From: Limisphaerales bacterium
GTDB taxonomy: Bacteria > Verrucomicrobiota > Verrucomicrobiia > Limisphaerales > JADJPG01
Length of the DNA: 64,000 nt
Direction: 5' to 3'
Assembly (NCBI GenBank): GCA_044230345.1
Contig: JBGARF010000035.1
Coordinates: 60,403 to 124,402, forward strand
Positions 18,658 to 29,300 of this stretch are shown piece by piece. A program made the translations under genes and the position numbers. Numbering within the stretch: the stretch's first letter is position 1; each line of letters begins with the position of its first letter. Below the pieces are notes generated by a model. That model was not told the origin of the DNA. It worked only from the letters and a program-made list of their open reading frames with translations, and made no database searches.

Positions 18658-21600
18658 AACCATTCCACTTCCTGCTGGTGGCGCTCTCGATGGCGCTTTC
18701 GACCCTTCACCTCCGAGCCGCCACCTACACCTGGACGGGCGCGGGCTTCTTCGGCAACAAGGACTACCTCTGGAGCAATCCTAACAACTGGGCCGAACTG
18801 GCCGCACCGGAACCCGGCGAGCAGGGCGTGCAACTGGTCTTTCCCAATTCCAACGCGCCGCGCAACACGACGAATGACGTCATCAATCTGGTGATCAAAT
18901 CCGCGGTGTTCCAGGGCGCCAACTATGCCATTCACGGCGCCGGAGCGAACGGGATCACCATGAATTTGCGCGGCGACAACGGCGGCGCCTTCGCCATCGT
19001 CGCTGGCTTCAACGGTTGCCAGTTCGGCCCGAGCACACGGCTGCATCTGGCGAGCGACGGCACCATCGCCGTCGCCAGCGGAGCGACGCTGACCATCCAC
19101 TCCCGCCTGAGCGGCACGTTCGGATTTGCCAAGGCGAGCCCCGGCACGCTGAGCCTGCAGGGCACGGTCGCGAACACCTTCACCGGAACCACGACCGTCC
19201 TGGATGGGGCGCTGGTCTTGCGCAAGTCCGGTCTCGCGTTGCCAGGTGCGCTGGTCATCGGCGACGGCCAAGCGGGCTTCTCCCCGTCGGTCCTCAACTT
19301 CCTCGGCGACCAAATCGGGGACGCCTCACCCGTGACCGTTCATTCGAACGGCGAGCTGCTGTTCGCGGATGTGAGCGACACGCTCGGCAACCTTACGTTG
19401 GTCGGCGGCTTCGTCGACACGGCCAACGGCACGCTTCACCTCAACGGCAACGTGCTCGTTCAGCCAGCGAACAATGGCCATCCCTCCGACGTCCGGGGCC
19501 GCCTGGATCTCGGCCCGATCGGACGCTTCTTTACGGTCGAGGCCAATGCCGTGCTCGACCTCACCGCAACCATTCAAGGTGGCAACTTTGGCAACGCCGC
19601 GGCCGGCGTGCACAAAAACGGGGCCGGACTGATGATGCTGGGAGGGTTGGGCAACACTTTTGGCGGCAGTTTGTTTGTGGGTGAAGGCACCGTCTCCGTT
19701 GGTAACGGCGCACAACTCGGCGCGATAACCAACGTCACGGGCGTCGCCTCCAACGCCACCCTCGCGCTTGGCCAGGTCGGTTTTGGTCCGGTCATCAACG
19801 GCCGCAAACTTAGCCTCGCCGGCGGCGCGCGCGTGCGGACCGCCTTCGACAGCGAATGGAACGGCCCGATCGAGTTCGTCTTCGGCCAGGCCATCTTCGA
19901 CCTTACGCAAACCAACGCGACGCTGACCCTGGGCGGCGCGCTCACCGGAGCCGGCGGTTTTGAGAAAATTGGCCCCGGCGAACTGATCTTCGGCGGCGCC
20001 GTCGACAACTCCTACACGGGCGCGTCCCGCGTCCTCGCCGGACGCCTCTCGCTCCGGAAGGTGGGCATCAACACGAACAAACTCGCTCTGACCGGGCCGC
20101 TGGTCATCGGGGAGCAAGGCACCTCCACCAATTCGCCCAAGGTGGTGGTCGAACGGTCCGAAGTCATCGCGGCATCCGTCGTCGTGAATTTCACCGGCTC
20201 CCTGCTCCTCAGCAACGCCATCGAATCCATCCCGGGCCTCGCCGTGAACAGCGGCTACGTGAGCATGGATGCCGCCAGCTTGCTCGCCTTGGACGGGCCA
20301 CTTTCCTCCACCAACCACCCGATCCGGGAGGGCTTGATCCAGGGGCGGCTCAAGCTCGATCCGCAGGAGCGCCCGCTTCGGGTGCAGAGTTTCTCGCTGA
20401 ACATCGCCGCCGCGATCTCCGGCGACCTCGGAGACGGCCTGCACAAGGTCGGCCCCGGCTGGCTTCGCCTCACGGCGGCCAATTCGTATCCCGGCGAAAC
20501 CCACGCCTTCGATGGACACCTGTCCGTCGAACACAGCCAGGCCTTGTCGTCGTCCACCTCCGTTTCGAACGGCGCCACGCTGGTCCTGGCCGGAGGCATC
20601 GAATTGCCCGCCACCCACTACCTCTACCTCCGCGGCAACGGCTTCAATGGCACCGACGGCGCCCTGCGCTCCTTGGGCACGAACACGGTCGACGGCCATG
20701 TCTTCATCCTGTCCGATTCCCGGATCGAAGTCGTCAATTCCGACGGGTTGTTGCGGTTCAAAGGCCATCTCCTGGACAGCGATGTCCTGCGCAAAGGCGG
20801 CTCGGGGGTGCTCTGGTTCAAGCCGGGTGCGGCCAACGCTTCGACCGGTGTTTACCACTCCATGGTCGTTGCCGAAGGCGAGCTCTGGCTGGAGAGCACG
20901 TTCAACAACACGGTCCATTCCGTCATCCATGGCAACCTGGCGATTGGCGGTGGCGTTGGCAGCCCCACGGCCACCGTTCGCGTGCTGGCCCGATCCCAAA
21001 TCACCGATGGCGCCAATGTGCTCGTGAACAAAACCGGCCGCCTCTATTTCGCGTCGAGCACGACGAATAGCTTCAACGGACTGGACGGGAACGGGCTGGT
21101 TGATCTTGGCGCCCAGGCGCAAGTCTTGTGCGGGGGCGACCTGGGCGAGAGCCATGAGTTCTCCGGCACGCTCCAGGGGGGCGGCGTCAGCGAGACGAAT
21201 CTTCGCAAACTCGGTCTCGGGCATTTGACCTTGTCCGGCGCCAACACCCTCCTGGGCCAGACGGAGGTTTATGGCGGCAGCCTCTGGGTCAACAGCCCGC
21301 AGCCGGCGGCGCGTTTCAAGGTCACCTCCGGCACCATCGGTGGCTCGGGTTCGACCCGCACAATCGAGCTCCACCCGGGGAGCGAGGTTGCACCCGGATC
21401 GCCCTTCGGCCAACTCCGCACCACTTCATGCACCGTCCTCGGAAGCAATAAGCACACCTTTGAGTTTCACGGCGCGGGAGGCGCAGCCACCGGGGACCAG
21501 TTCGAAACAGACTCTCAGCCCGATCTCGGGAAGTGCACGCTCAAACTCAGCTTCGCCGCCGGATTCAATCCGGCCGTCGGCCAGCAGTTTGTCCTCGTGG

Positions 21601-21980
21601 ACAACAACCACGCCGGCCCGACCCTCGGCACGTATGCCGGGCTGCCCGACGGCACCGAATGGCGCCCCGCGCCCACGCTGCGTTTCCGCATCAACTACAA
21701 CGCCGGCGACGGCAATGATGTTGTCCTCACGACGTTGACGCCACCCGCGCCCGCCCAGCTGAACCGCGTCATCTTCAATCCCGGCCTCCCGGCCATCGTG
21801 ACCGGGACCGGGCTGCCCGGGGACACTTACGACGTCGAGGCAACGTCCGATCTCGGCGACCCAGCGGGCTGGCAGATCATTGGCACTGCCACCGCGCAAG
21901 CCCCAAACGGCGCGATGAACTTTGTCGACGTTGACGCGCCGAACTTCCCGCATCGCTTCTACCGTTTTGTTCTGCGGTGA
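18651..21980 (+). CDS. autotransporter-associated beta-strand repeat (PATR) protein, secreted, no beta-barrel; C-terminal ...RFYRFVLR module
   Basis: Signal peptide MKKPFHFLLVALSMALSTLHLRA, then ATYTWTGAG...WSNPNNW. Many G-rich repeats of the form ...G.LTL.G.N.(Y/F)(T/G)G.T.V..G.L.... Also INYNAGDGNDVVLT near the end. Confidence 0.85.
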   Translation: MKKPFHFLLVALSMALSTLHLRAATYTWTGAGFFGNKDYLWSNPNNWAELAAPEPGEQGVQLVFPNSNAPRNTTNDVINLVIKSAVFQGANYAIHGAGANGITMNLRGDNGGAFAIVAGFNGCQFGPSTRLHLASDGTIAVASGATLTIHSRLSGTFGFAKASPGTLSLQGTVANTFTGTTTVLDGALVLRKSGLALPGALVIGDGQAGFSPSVLNFLGDQIGDASPVTVHSNGELLFADVSDTLGNLTLVGGFVDTANGTLHLNGNVLVQPANNGHPSDVRGRLDLGPIGRFFTVEANAVLDLTATIQGGNFGNAAAGVHKNGAGLMMLGGLGNTFGGSLFVGEGTVSVGNGAQLGAITNVTGVASNATLALGQVGFGPVINGRKLSLAGGARVRTAFDSEWNGPIEFVFGQAIFDLTQTNATLTLGGALTGAGGFEKIGPGELIFGGAVDNSYTGASRVLAGRLSLRKVGINTNKLALTGPLVIGEQGTSTNSPKVVVERSEVIAASVVVNFTGSLLLSNAIESIPGLAVNSGYVSMDAASLLALDGPLSSTNHPIREGLIQGRLKLDPQERPLRVQSFSLNIAAAISGDLGDGLHKVGPGWLRLTAANSYPGETHAFDGHLSVEHSQALSSSTSVSNGATLVLAGGIELPATHYLYLRGNGFNGTDGALRSLGTNTVDGHVFILSDSRIEVVNSDGLLRFKGHLLDSDVLRKGGSGVLWFKPGAANASTGVYHSMVVAEGELWLESTFNNTVHSVIHGNLAIGGGVGSPTATVRVLARSQITDGANVLVNKTGRLYFASSTTNSFNGLDGNGLVDLGAQAQVLCGGDLGESHEFSGTLQGGGVSETNLRKLGLGHLTLSGANTLLGQTEVYGGSLWVNSPQPAARFKVTSGTIGGSGSTRTIELHPGSEVAPGSPFGQLRTTSCTVLGSNKHTFEFHGAGGAATGDQFETDSQPDLGKCTLKLSFAAGFNPAVGQQFVLVDNNHAGPTLGTYAGLPDGTEWRPAPTLRFRINYNAGDGNDVVLTTLTPPAPAQLNRVIFNPGLPAIVTGTGLPGDTYDVEATSDLGDPAGWQIIGTATAQAPNGAMNFVDVDAPNFPHRFYRFVLR

Positions 21981-22011
21981 ACCTGACTGCCGGCGCCACG
22001 ATCGAACCGTG

Positions 22012-22052
22012 CGGGGCGGCGGGAGCAATCCGGCCGCCCCGTTTGCTTTTGT
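22012..22052 (+). terminator. rho-independent terminator candidate after PATR gene 1
   Basis: Stem cggggcggc (22012-22020) / gccgccccg (22033-22041), 12-nt loop, followed by tttgcttttgtt. Confidence 0.6.
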
Positions 22053-22075
22053 TCGCGCGCGCTTCTTGTCTTCTC

Positions 22076-22191
22076 TACGCCTAAAGTCCCCCGCGAAGGG
22101 ACCTTGGTCTCATTGTTCGGGGAGTGCGCCAGGGATTAAGACCAACCCATGCAACGCACACACTGCATGAAGAAAGCAAATACCATGAAAA
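22076..22191 (+). promoter_or_regulatory. conserved 5' leader of PATR gene 2 (paralogous to 18542-18657)
   Basis: tacgcctaaagtcccccgcgaagggaccttggtctcattgt and gcaacgcacacactgcatgaagaaagcaaataccatgaaaa. Near-palindrome GGGACCTTGGTCTC at 22098-22111. Small hairpin gtccc/gggac at 22086-22102. Confidence 0.4.
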
Positions 22192-25100
22192 GATCACTCC
22201 AACTCCTGCGGTTTCTCCTCGTGGCGCTCGCGATGGCGCTCTCATCAGCCCATCTCCAGTCCGCCACCTACACCTGGACCGGCGCGGGATTCTTCGGCAG
22301 CCTCGACTATCTCTGGAGCAATCCTAACAACTGGGCCGAACTCTCCGCGCCCCAGCCCGGCGAGCAAGACGTTCAGCTCGTGTTTCCCAATACCAACGCG
22401 CCCCGCAGCACGACCAACGACGTGCTGAACCTGGTGATTCGGTCCGTGATCTTTCAAGGCCCCAACTATTCCGTGCACGGGCCGGGCGCCAACGGCATCA
22501 CGATGACCCTGCGCGGGCCGGCGGCCGGCGGCGCCTTCGCGGTGGCCGCGACGGCCAACGGCTGCCAGTTCGGCTCCAGCACGCGCCTGCATCTCGGCAG
22601 CACGGGCACCGTGGCGGTGGCCGGCGGCACGCTCACGGTCAAGTCGCGCATCAGCGGCATCCACGGCTTGGTCAAAAACGGCCCGGGCACGATGAGCTTC
22701 CAGGGCCTGCTAGCCAACACGTTCACCGGGCCCGTCACGATTCTAAATGGCGTGCTCGACTTTCGCGGCGTCGGCACCGCGTTGCCCGGAGCTCTTTTCA
22801 TCGGAGATGGCACCGTCGGCTCCACCCCCGTCGCCCGCCTCTATCTCAACGACCAGATCAGCGACGCGTCGGCGGTCACCGTCAACGCCAACGGCACGCT
22901 CGAACTCGACGGCCACGATGACCTGATCGGATCGCTCACGCTGGCGGGCGGCGCAACCGTCACGACGATCAAGGGCGGCATCACCGGCACCCTTGCGCTC
23001 AACGGAAACGTCACCAACCACGTCGGTGTTCTGGGCACGGCCGCCACCATCGCCGGCCGCCTTTCCCTCGGGTCCACTCCACGCGGATTTTTCGTGGATG
23101 CGAACAGCGAGCTGGTCATCGCCGCGAACATCAGCGGGTTGACGGCGGGCGTGGTGAAGGTGGGCGCCGGCCAGTTGACGCTGACCGGTTCCGGCAACAC
23201 CTATTTCGGGGCGACCACGGTGCAGGCCGGAACGCTGGCGCTGCGAGGCGCGGCCAAGCCGGGTTCGGTCGACAACGGCACGTCGGTGGCCCAGGGCGCA
23301 CGCCTGCTTCTCGACCACGCTGCCATCGGCAGCGAGGAACTTTCCCTCGCCGGCACAACCAACGCACCGGCGTTGGAGTTCCACGGGACCAACTCCTGGG
23401 CAGGCGCCGTCACGCTTTCCGGCGCATGCCAGATCAAGCCGGCCCACCAGCTTGACGGTGATGATCGGATGACCTTCAGCGGTAACATCAGCGGCACGGG
23501 TTCCCTGCGAGTGGTTGACTGGGGCGACGTCTATTTCACCGGCTTTGGCAACAACACCTTCAGCGGCGGGTATTACGGTGAGTCGGGTCTCACGCACTTT
23601 GCCAAGTCCGCGTCCGCCGCCGCGCTGGGCGGGCCGCTCTACGTCGGGCGGGCGGAAGATGCGTTCCCGGCCGCCCATGTCATTGTCGAGACACTAAACC
23701 AAATTCCGAACGATACCCCCATCACCTTGCGCAACTCCGGCGCGCTCACCGCGGACGCCGATGACACGATCGGCCCGGTGGTATTCGAAGGCGGCTGGCT
23801 CATGGCCATGAACGGAAAGCTCACGCTGAACGGCGACGTGACCATCCGGACGGCGCCGGAAAACACCGCCGCGATCTACGGCAAGGTGGTCCTGCCGGCG
23901 GGCACACGATTGTTTCAGTTTGCGGAGTGGGGCATCCTGGATGTCTACGCCGTGCTGGAGGGGGCCGGCGGGGTGACGATTCGCGGCGAGGCCGGCGCGC
24001 TGCAATTCTATGCGGCCAATACCTACTCAGGACCAACCCGTGTCGAATCCGCCGCGCTTTATTTGCGGGAAGACGGGCGGCCGGGCTCCAGCGCCAGCGG
24101 AACGCTCATCCAGGGGTTGGGCCGCCTGAGCCTGCACAACGCCCATGTCACCAACGAAACGCTGACGGTCAACGCGGCTGGCGGCTACACGCCCTGGATC
24201 GCGTCGTTTGGCGACAACCGATGGAAGGGATCGATCACGCTGAACGCCAACGCGGACATCCAAGGTTTCTCCGGATCGGAACTCACCCTGGACGGAGCGA
24301 TCTCGGGCCTCGGCGGCATCACCTATCACGGCGAGGATTATCTTTCGTCGGACGGCACCCTGATCTTTGCCGGCGCCAACGACAACACCTACCAGGGCGC
24401 AACGACCATCCTCGAAGGCACGCTCCGGCTGAACAAGATCGGCCGCGCCATCCCCAACAGCCTGACCATCGGCTACGCCACCAACGGCGCGGACGCCGCG
24501 AGCGTGTATTGCCTCCGCCCCGGCCAGTTCACGCCCGCAACGGACGCGGCGCAGATGAACATGTGGCGTCTCACGGTGAATGCGTCGGGCGGTTTCCACT
24601 GCAATGGCTTCGATCAAACCGTGCCGGGCATCACTACGCGCGGCGGTGGCGTGTTCACGGAAGGCGCAACGCTGAGCCTGCAACAAGGCTGGCGCGTCGA
24701 GCCGGACAGCGGCACCAGCCATTTCTTCGGCCAACTCCAGCTCAACAGCCTTTTCGATAACTTCACTCACATCGTCAACGTTGAGACCAACAGCACGCTG
24801 TTCGCTTGGGGCGACATCAGCCAGGCAAGCTTCACAGCAAATGTCGAGAAGCAGGGCAAAGGCACGCTCTCCATGATCAGCAGCAATTCGTTCAATGGGA
24901 ACCTTACCCTGCGCGAAGGTGTCACCTACGCCACGGGCTTGCAGCCCTACGGCACGGTCAGCGGCCCCACCTACGTCACCTACGACGCGACGCTCGTCAC
25001 GTTCAGCGATACCAACGCCGAGCCATTCGGTCTGGCCGGGTCGGGCTTTCAGAACCAGGGTGCCCTCATTGTGCTCGGAAGCAGCCATTTCAAGGGCCCA

Positions 25101-26330
25101 ATCGCGCTGGGCTACAACACGGACATCGTGACGCCTGCCGTAACGAACCTGGCCGTGTTCAGCGGCGCCATCTCCGGTGCCGGCGGCATCACCAAGCTGG
25201 GCGAGGGCAGCGTCCGTCTCGAGGGCAGCGGCGACAACACCTTCACCGGCGCGACGAAGGTGAAGGCCGGCTCACTCGAGTTGGCCAAGACCAATGCCAC
25301 GGCCATTCGTGGCGCGCTGGACATCGCGGTTGGCGGCGGAGACGCCCTCGTGCGCTACCTGCGCGATGACCAACTCAGCGACCTCACTCCCGTCAACATT
25401 GGCGCCAACGGCCAGCTACGGGTGCTTGGCCACAGCGACACCATCGGCTCCCTGAGCGGCCGCGGGATCGTCGAGATGCTCGCCGGGTCCCTCATCACCG
25501 GTCATGACAATACCGAGACGACGTACGCGGGCGCCATCAGCGGCGTCGGCGGCAACCTCACCAAGACCGGCACCAACACCTTCACCCTCACCGGCAACAA
25601 CGCCTACACCGGGACAACGTTCGTCAAAGGCGGCACCCTGCTCGTGCGCGGCCAGCAACCGCAGAGCGATGTCGTCATTCAGACTGGGGGCACCCTGGGC
25701 GGCATCGGCACAGTAGGCTCAATCAGTGACCTCAGCGGCCACGTGAAGCCTGGCCTCGGCAGTTACGGCACCCTGAAATGCAGAGGCTACATCACCCATG
25801 CGCCAGCCAACGTCTTCCAAATCGAAATCAACGGCACGACTCCCGGCGTGAACTGCGATCAACTCGATGTGAACGGAGCGGTTTCCCTCCTCGGCGGCAC
25901 CCTCCAGCTGGCGATGAAATTCTCCGGCGCGATCAGCAACGAGTATGTCATCATCAAAAACGACGGCTCCGATCCCGTCGCCGGCACCTTCGCGGCGCTG
26001 CCGCCGGACTCGACCATCACGAACAATGGCGTGACCTTCCAAATCAGCTACACCGGCGGCGACGGCAACGACGTGGCGCTGATTCAGAAGAGCATCGTGG
26101 CCGGCCCCCAACTCGGCAGCGTGCAGCGGCTGGCGGATGCCACGATTCAGATCAGCGGCAGCGGGTTCCCCCACGCCATCTACTCCGTCGAAGCCACCGA
26201 CCATCTCACCGCGCCCGCTCCATGGACGGCCATCGGCCAAACCACGGCGGACGCCACCGGGCAATTCGCCTTCACCGACCCCGACGCGCCCAACCACCCC
26301 ATCCGCTTCTACCGGTTCGTCGCACCATAA
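22185..26330 (+). CDS. autotransporter-associated beta-strand repeat (PATR) protein, tandem paralog; C-terminal ...RFYRFVAP module
   Basis: Start placed at MKRSLQLLRFLLVALAMALSSAHLQS, because this ATG aligns with the paralog start (accATGaaaa). ORF 22149 adds 12 codons that lie inside the conserved leader. The N-terminal ~180 aa are highly similar to gene 1 (ATYTWTGAGFFG..DYLWSNPNNWAEL.AP.PGEQ.VQLVFPN.NAPR.TTNDV.NLVI). ISYTGGDGNDVAL near the end. Confidence 0.85.
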   Translation: MKRSLQLLRFLLVALAMALSSAHLQSATYTWTGAGFFGSLDYLWSNPNNWAELSAPQPGEQDVQLVFPNTNAPRSTTNDVLNLVIRSVIFQGPNYSVHGPGANGITMTLRGPAAGGAFAVAATANGCQFGSSTRLHLGSTGTVAVAGGTLTVKSRISGIHGLVKNGPGTMSFQGLLANTFTGPVTILNGVLDFRGVGTALPGALFIGDGTVGSTPVARLYLNDQISDASAVTVNANGTLELDGHDDLIGSLTLAGGATVTTIKGGITGTLALNGNVTNHVGVLGTAATIAGRLSLGSTPRGFFVDANSELVIAANISGLTAGVVKVGAGQLTLTGSGNTYFGATTVQAGTLALRGAAKPGSVDNGTSVAQGARLLLDHAAIGSEELSLAGTTNAPALEFHGTNSWAGAVTLSGACQIKPAHQLDGDDRMTFSGNISGTGSLRVVDWGDVYFTGFGNNTFSGGYYGESGLTHFAKSASAAALGGPLYVGRAEDAFPAAHVIVETLNQIPNDTPITLRNSGALTADADDTIGPVVFEGGWLMAMNGKLTLNGDVTIRTAPENTAAIYGKVVLPAGTRLFQFAEWGILDVYAVLEGAGGVTIRGEAGALQFYAANTYSGPTRVESAALYLREDGRPGSSASGTLIQGLGRLSLHNAHVTNETLTVNAAGGYTPWIASFGDNRWKGSITLNANADIQGFSGSELTLDGAISGLGGITYHGEDYLSSDGTLIFAGANDNTYQGATTILEGTLRLNKIGRAIPNSLTIGYATNGADAASVYCLRPGQFTPATDAAQMNMWRLTVNASGGFHCNGFDQTVPGITTRGGGVFTEGATLSLQQGWRVEPDSGTSHFFGQLQLNSLFDNFTHIVNVETNSTLFAWGDISQASFTANVEKQGKGTLSMISSNSFNGNLTLREGVTYATGLQPYGTVSGPTYVTYDATLVTFSDTNAEPFGLAGSGFQNQGALIVLGSSHFKGPIALGYNTDIVTPAVTNLAVFSGAISGAGGITKLGEGSVRLEGSGDNTFTGATKVKAGSLELAKTNATAIRGALDIAVGGGDALVRYLRDDQLSDLTPVNIGANGQLRVLGHSDTIGSLSGRGIVEMLAGSLITGHDNTETTYAGAISGVGGNLTKTGTNTFTLTGNNAYTGTTFVKGGTLLVRGQQPQSDVVIQTGGTLGGIGTVGSISDLSGHVKPGLGSYGTLKCRGYITHAPANVFQIEINGTTPGVNCDQLDVNGAVSLLGGTLQLAMKFSGAISNEYVIIKNDGSDPVAGTFAALPPDSTITNNGVTFQISYTGGDGNDVALIQKSIVAGPQLGSVQRLADATIQISGSGFPHAIYSVEATDHLTAPAPWTAIGQTTADATGQFAFTDPDAPNHPIRFYRFVAP

Positions 26331-26344
26331 ACAGCGGACCCAGC

Positions 26345-26382
26345 CGGAACGATTCAGATCATCCGCGGACGGAATCGTTCCG
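26345..26382. terminator. hairpin between convergent genes (possible bidirectional terminator)
   Basis: 11-bp stem cggaacgattc (26345-26355) / gaatcgttccg (26372-26382), 16-nt loop containing palindrome tccgcgga. No T-tract, so function is uncertain. Confidence 0.45.
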
Positions 26383-26383
26383 A

Positions 26384-29300
26384 CTAAGGCAACGGCCGGT
26401 GACGAAACCATTGTTGCAAAGCGAACTTCGAGTCCTCTCCTTGATCGGTCGGTACGCTCGGTCTGGAGTTTTGCCGGGTCTCTGCCGGAAGTGGATCGTA
26501 GCGGTCCGGTGGGATGAACCGTTGTTGAGCGACATGTTCCGCAAGGTCAGCCATCCAAGCGACATCGCCCCCCTCCCAGGTGGGCACCGGGCGAACGAGC
26601 ACGACGCCGGTCTTCGCACTCGCCGCCACGCGCTGTCCATCCGGACTGAAGCACGCGAAGGTGACGCCCGGGTGACGGATGGGATCGGCGACGAGATGTC
26701 CGCTGGCCGTGTCCCACAGCAGGACCGTGCCGTCGGAAGAAAGGGTCAGGATCATCCGGCCATCGGGGCTGAACTCTGCGCGGTTGACGCGGGAGCGGTG
26801 GGGAAAGGTTTGCAACAATGCTTCGGGGGTGCCGGGTGCCCATACCTTGGCAGTTTGATCTTCGGAGGCGGTCACGATGCGGGTGCCGTCCCGATTGAAC
26901 GCGGCATGCGACACGCCGCCGCGATGGCGCATCGGCGCGCCGATCATCTGTCGGGTGGCAAGTGAGATAAGGACCGCCTCATGGCCGCGCCTGGCCACGA
27001 GAATTCGTTCCCCATCGGGACTGAATTCCGCGTAGGTCGCCAGAGCGCCGTCCAAAACCGGCGGGCCAATGGGCTCACCCGTCGCCGCCGACCAAAGCCG
27101 GACGGTGCGATCGCTCGAGGTCGTGATCACGCGCTGACCATCGGGACTCAATCGGGCACTTTCGATTCTGTCACGATGCGAAAGCGGGGCACCGACCGGT
27201 TGCCCGCTCGTCATGTCCCATACCTGCGCCTGCAGTTCGTCCGTCGCGAGAAGGCGAGTCCCGGAGCGATCGAACTCAAGGCGTTCGACGGTTAAGCCAT
27301 GACGCAGCGGGGGCAGAACCGTCCTGCCATTGGTGACGTCGAAAACTTGCACCGCCCGGCCGGTGCCGCCGGCGGCAAGCCATCGCCCATCCGGACTGAA
27401 GGCCGTCGGATTGATCGGGCCGTTTCCCTGGAACCGGCGCAGTGTCTGGCCCGACTTTGCGTCCACAACACGAATCTCACCATCCACGGATCCGGCGGCC
27501 AGCCGGGTTCCATCCGGGCTGAATTGAACCCGGGTGACGGCGTTCGAATACGTGACCGTCGGGGTCGGCACGACGGGTTCCCGCAGTTCCCAGAGCGCAC
27601 AAGTGCCGTCGAAGGTGATGGTCAGGACCCGCCGTCCGTCCGCCGTGAACGAGGCGAGTTTCAAGCCGTTCTCATGGGGCAATTCCTCGGTCAACTGCAG
27701 CCCGGTCGCGGGGTCCCAGAGGCGCGCGGAATTGTCGTTGGAAGCCGTCACCACTTGCCGTTCGTCTGGACTGAATCGCGCCGTGTTGACGATGTTGCCG
27801 TGACGCAAAGGCGGCCCGTGGGGCGCCCCGGTCGTAAGATTCCAGACCTGGGCAGTGTCGTCGGAGGAGGCTGAGAGCAGCAGCGACGCATCGGCATTGA
27901 AACTCAAATCATTGATGCGCCGGGCGTGTTGGAAGGTCCGTTTCGGACGCGAGAGATCCTGGGTATCCCAGACTCGGATGCCACCGCCGTATTCTCCCAC
28001 CGCCATCCAGCGACCCGACAGGTCGAAGCGCAGGATCAGGCACGAAGCTTGGGTCAGGACCAGCGACGGCGCGTCGCCGGCGGCCGACACGGGCCAGAAA
28101 CGAACGCGGCTGTCGGCGCAAACCGAGACGAGGTGTCGCTCGTCGCGCGTGAACTGAAGATCCGACACCGCGAGGCGGTGTGGGCGCGGAGGGGTCAAGG
28201 CCAGGCCGGTGGCGGTATCCCAAAGGCCCACGTCGAGCAGAAGGGAAGGCGCCAACCGCGCGGAGGCCGTGGCCGCCAGCCGGCCGGAAGGACTCAGCGC
28301 CACCGCCACCACCCCATCGGGAAGGACGGGCAGCTCGTGCACGGTATCCAACGCGGGACCGCGCCGGAGCTGGGCGGGGCCATCGCGCAGGCCGATGATC
28401 ATCGTTTGCAGATCGTCGCTGACGGCGGCGATCCGAATGGGAAGCTGCAGATCGAACAGGGCGCCAACCGGCTCACCGGAGTCCAGGTTCCATCGTTTTG
28501 CAGCGCCCGTCTGGGTCAGGGTGAAGAGCTCGCGCTTTCCGCCGGGCAAAGCCGACGCCACGACAGTGGTGCGATGAACCATCGGAGGGCAAACCGGGAG
28601 CGCATAGCGGCGGTGCTGCAGGGCGGACAGGAGGCGCAGGGTGGCCGGAGAGTTGGTCGGATCCCGCCGGAGAACGTGAGCCAGAGTGGCCAACGCCTTC
28701 GAGGATTCGCCGTCCGAAAACAGGCTCTCAGCCTTTTGAATCTGCATGCGGGTCACGAGGACCTCGGTGCGCTGATTGGCGGAGCGAATGCGCCAGGCGG
28801 CCACCGTGGCGCCCGCTGCCAGCGCGATCAGAGAAAGGAGCAGCGTGGAGCCAAAGAGCACGAGACCGGGATGCCGGCGGCACCAGCGCCATCCCGAGGT
28901 CAGCGGCCCCAATGGGCGCGCCAGAATCGGGAGCCCCCCGAGCCAGCGCTCGAGATCCAGGGCGAGCTCCTCAGCGGTGCCATAGCGCGCGGAGGGTTCC
29001 TTGCGCAGACATTTCAGGGCAATGGTTTCAAGATCGCGATCGACCATCGGATCGATCTGGCGGGGCGGCACGGGATCGCGATCCACCACCTGGCGGAGCG
29101 TGTCGATCGGCGTGGGGGCCTGAAACGGAGGTCGGCCGGCGAGCAGATGGTAGAGGATCGCGCCGAGTCCATAGATATCCACGGCGGTGGTCAGCTGGCG
29201 CGCTTTTCCCGCCGCTTGTTCGGGGGCCATGTAGTTCGGCGAGCCAAGCACCGAAAACGTGAAGGTAAAGCCCGTGTCGTGATCGAGCGACTTGGCCAAG

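Noticed and set aside
18013-18663. 216-aa minus-strand ORF and 119-aa plus-strand ORF (18225..18584) in the repeat-rich gap.
   Set aside because: Both are translations of REP-like repeats and palindromes (Arg/Ser/Gly/Pro-rich). There is no start context and no domains.
22149-22184. Upstream start codons (MQRTHCMKKANT) for the second PATR gene.
   Set aside because: The 22185 ATG aligns exactly with the paralog start (accATGaaaa), and the extra codons fall in the conserved non-coding leader block.
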